Shown one piece after another: positions 30,293-32,000 of a stretch of DNA of 32,000 nt. How positions within the stretch are numbered: the stretch's first letter is position 1; each line of letters begins with the position of its first letter. Below the pieces are notes generated by a model. That model had not been told where the DNA came from, made no database searches, and saw only the letters and a list, made by a program, of their open reading frames with translations. The DNA lies in NCBI GenBank assembly GCA_000175855.1, contig ACYB01000047.1, forward strand, positions 30,001 through 62,000, read 5' to 3'. The position numbers and the translations under genes are program-made. Source of the DNA: Raphidiopsis brookii D9 (GTDB taxonomy: Bacteria > Cyanobacteriota > Cyanobacteriia > Cyanobacteriales > Nostocaceae).

Positions 30293-30337
30293 GTGAGCAT
30301 CGAAACAGCGAGTATCGGAAAAGCGCGTATTAAAACA
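30293..30337 (+). repeat. three imperfect 15-nt tandem repeats upstream of the RsbW-like gene
   Basis: The repeats are GTGAGCATCGAAACA, GCGAGTATCGGAAAA and GCGCGTATTAAAACA, pairwise 10-11/15 identical. They end 44 nt upstream of the GTG at 30381. Confidence 0.4.
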
Positions 30338-30380
30338 GAAAATTAATGTCTAGCTAACCAAAAGCTACGGGGTTTCTCTT

Positions 30381-30851
30381 GTGATTACCATTTCTCTCAG
30401 ACTATTGGGGCGTTCTTGGGGCACTATTAGTTTTGCCTCAACCCTTTATTTATGTCCGATACTGGATCTACTATTAGCAGATATTCCGAAAAATCTACAG
30501 CCAGAAATTAGGCTAGGACTACAAGAAGCCCTAGTGAATGCAGCCAAGCATGGAAATAATCTAGATCCTGGTAAGTTGGTAGTGGTGCGTTTTTCCTTTA
30601 CAGATAATCAGTATTGGTGGACCATATCAGACCAAGGTAATGGATTTACACCCTGTTATCATAAACTAAGCGATTCCAGCGATTATTTGCCACCAGATGA
30701 ATCAGAGAGCGGGAGGGGTATGAGCTTATTACATCAAATATTTGATCAAGTAGAGTGGAACCATAAAGGAACAGAACTAAGACTGTGTAAGCAGGTAGAA
30801 ATTAGGAGGTTTTGGCATGCAAACCTGGTTCCGGTTTTGGGCTATAAGTGA
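30381..30851 (+). CDS. HATPase-domain anti-sigma regulatory factor-like Ser/Thr kinase (RsbW/SpoIIAB-like)
   Basis: 156-aa ORF with a GTG start. It carries N-box-like EALVNAAKHGN and G-box-like SDQGNGF...GRGMSLL. No adjacent STAS or sigma-factor partner is present. Confidence 0.7.
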   Translation: MITISLRLLGRSWGTISFASTLYLCPILDLLLADIPKNLQPEIRLGLQEALVNAAKHGNNLDPGKLVVVRFSFTDNQYWWTISDQGNGFTPCYHKLSDSSDYLPPDESESGRGMSLLHQIFDQVEWNHKGTELRLCKQVEIRRFWHANLVPVLGYK

Positions 30852-31099
30852 CGACTGGGACAAGGAGGAGCAGATATGGACTTATCCAACCAACCCACAG
30901 CCTGATTTAACCTAGCTTGAGCTTCCAAGGGTTCATTTTTGACCAAAAACACCATTGCTGCAGCCACAAGCTCACTGGCCCGGGCATTGCGGTGGGATTT
31001 GAGACGATGCCAATCATCGGGAGAGATGCTTAATTTTCCCATCAAAGCCTGAGCCAATTCCAGGGTGCTGTAATTATTTAACTCACTGTTTAAAGACAT
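30842..31099 (-). CDS. small conserved-looking hypothetical protein (85 aa)
   Basis: An intact ORF, convergent with and overlapping the previous gene by 10 nt. The sequence is helical and non-repetitive. The family is not recognised with confidence. Confidence 0.45.
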   Translation of the reverse strand: MSLNSELNNYSTLELAQALMGKLSISPDDWHRLKSHRNARASELVAAAMVFLVKNEPLEAQARLNQAVGWLDKSISAPPCPSRHL

Positions 31100-31162
31100 A
31101 ATACTTAAAGCCTAATAGATACTAGCTATTATAGCGAACAATCCAACACCAGTCCATAAGTA

Positions 31163-31496
31163 ATGACTAACCCAGAGGGAAAAGAGATTGAGCAACAACT
31201 AGAGCAGTTAGAAAACGAACTAATGCTGTTAAAACAAAGATATAGTCAAATAGAAAGGGATCAACAAAAAAAAAGCTGAATGGCAACAAAAAGCCAAAGA
31301 TATCCAACAGGCTAAAAACCGGACTGAGGAGATGAGATTTGAGCTTAGGCGTATAGAAAAAGAGATAGAACTAATAGAAATTAATTTAGAAAGTAAATTA
31401 ATTTCTTGGAGAAGTCTAAACAAACCCTTTTGGCAAGTTATTCGATTTGGTGGACTAGGCATTCTTATAGGTTGGTGGTTAAAATCATGGATGTGA
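31163..31496 (+). pseudogene. small coiled-coil protein with C-terminal membrane anchor, split by a frameshift in an A9 run
   Basis: ATG at 31163: MTNPEGKEIEQQLEQLENELMLLKQRYSQIERDQQKK, then a TGA at 31277. The next frame continues with no start codon of its own: AEWQQKAKDIQQAKNRTEEMRFELRRIEKEIELIEINLESKLISWRSLNKPFWQVIRFGGLGILIGWWLKSWM, stop 31494-31496. A run of A8 or A11 instead of A9 (31266-31274) fuses the two parts. Confidence 0.7.
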
Positions 31497-31509
31497 ATTA
31501 GCGAGTTCC

Positions 31510-31790
31510 GTAAGGTGTCAGATCATAGTTGCAAATCAGGAATCTTTATCACCTCAACAAGAATTAGTGGAAGACCTAATGGCAATTATCCACTGCTTTT
31601 CTTGTCGATTGTACGAATTGAGGAATTACTCCAAATAAATTAAGGATAATCTCAAAAATGCTATTGACAAACCTGCACGAGATATGTCAGGTTTAGAAAA
31701 CAAAGAAATACATTGCTAAGGATGAGTAATGCTTTTATCTATCAAAACAAAACTCAAGTTAAATAAAACCCAGGAAATATTAATGGCTGT
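31510..31790 (+). mobile_element. degenerate IS607-type element remnant: 3' end of serine-recombinase tnpA plus the first ~20 codons of tnpB
   Basis: The frame ending at TAA 31636-31638 reads ...CQIIVANQESLSPQQELVEDLMAIIHCFSCRLYELRNYSK, the characteristic IS607 TnpA C-terminus. It continues in frame past the stop to 31719. The ATG at 31729 gives MLLSIKTKLKLNKTQEILMA, a typical TnpB N-terminus, then unrelated sequence and a stop at 31855-31857. Boundaries are approximate. Confidence 0.7.
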
Positions 31791-31860
31791 TCAGCCATTA
31801 ATAGCAAGTGCTAAGGCGCACAGCAAAGCTATACATAGTAAAAGAACCCAATTGTAGAAA

Positions 31861-32000
31861 ATGATTGAACATCGAATTGCCACAATACTAAGAAGTAGTC
31901 AACCTGAAGAAACGCTAGTAGTACGAGGGTGGGTAAGAACTAAACGAGAACTCAAGGGATTTACCTTTTTAGAAATCAATGACGGTTCATGTTTAGCCAA
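31861..32000 (+). CDS. asnS: asparagine--tRNA ligase, N-terminal fragment (continues beyond the window)
   Basis: [46 protein letters not shown] matches the OB-fold N-terminus of cyanobacterial AsnS as I remember it. The frame is open to the window end. Confidence 0.75.
   Translation, partial: MIEHRIATILRSSQPEETLVVRGWVRTKRELKGFTFLEINDGSCLA

Noticed and set aside
31229-31462. A 77-aa minus-strand ORF.
   Set aside because: It is antisense to the coiled-coil gene. Its S/I/L-rich sequence is the complement of an E/K/Q-rich coiled coil. The plus-strand reading gives a coherent protein once the A9 frameshift is allowed.

Overview
This looks like a core-chromosome window from a cyanobacterium. Perfect HIP1 octamers (GCGATCGC) are strongly over-represented, and the proteins resemble Anabaena/Nostoc (Nostocales) orthologues as I remember them; that taxon call is inference. 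Nearly everything is recognisable housekeeping or photosynthesis.

Gene content, left to right:
- hom (partial), petH, prk
- an FrhB-family BciB/HCAR-like reductase and a YnbB-like PLP enzyme
- the desC-desA-desB desaturase cluster
- an orphan modA, a Uma2 endonuclease and a CPBP protease
- the rimP-nusA-ylxR-infB operon (minus strand)
- a conserved membrane protein and rfbBACD
- radA, rpaB, a CCB-like membrane protein, psaK, apcD and rlmD
- an RsbW-like ATPase and two small conserved ORFs
- an IS607-type tnpA/tnpB remnant and the start of asnS

I found no CRISPR array, tRNA or rRNA, and no convincing novel multi-gene system. I say so rather than invent one.

The most unusual signal is four reading-frame breaks in conserved genes, all at short mononucleotide runs: petH, infB, the CCB-like gene and a small coiled-coil membrane protein. 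This means either homopolymer indel errors in the assembly or real genome erosion, possibly with slippage rescue.

Secondary observations:
- a strong intrinsic terminator only 13 nt upstream of the rimP start, a candidate NusA-type attenuator
- unusually long non-coding spacers inside the rimP-infB operon
- a psaK promoter whose -10 box sits inside an inverted repeat
- rpaB translationally coupled to the CCB-like gene
- several hairpin terminators

All coordinates and translations were done by hand. No database search was run.
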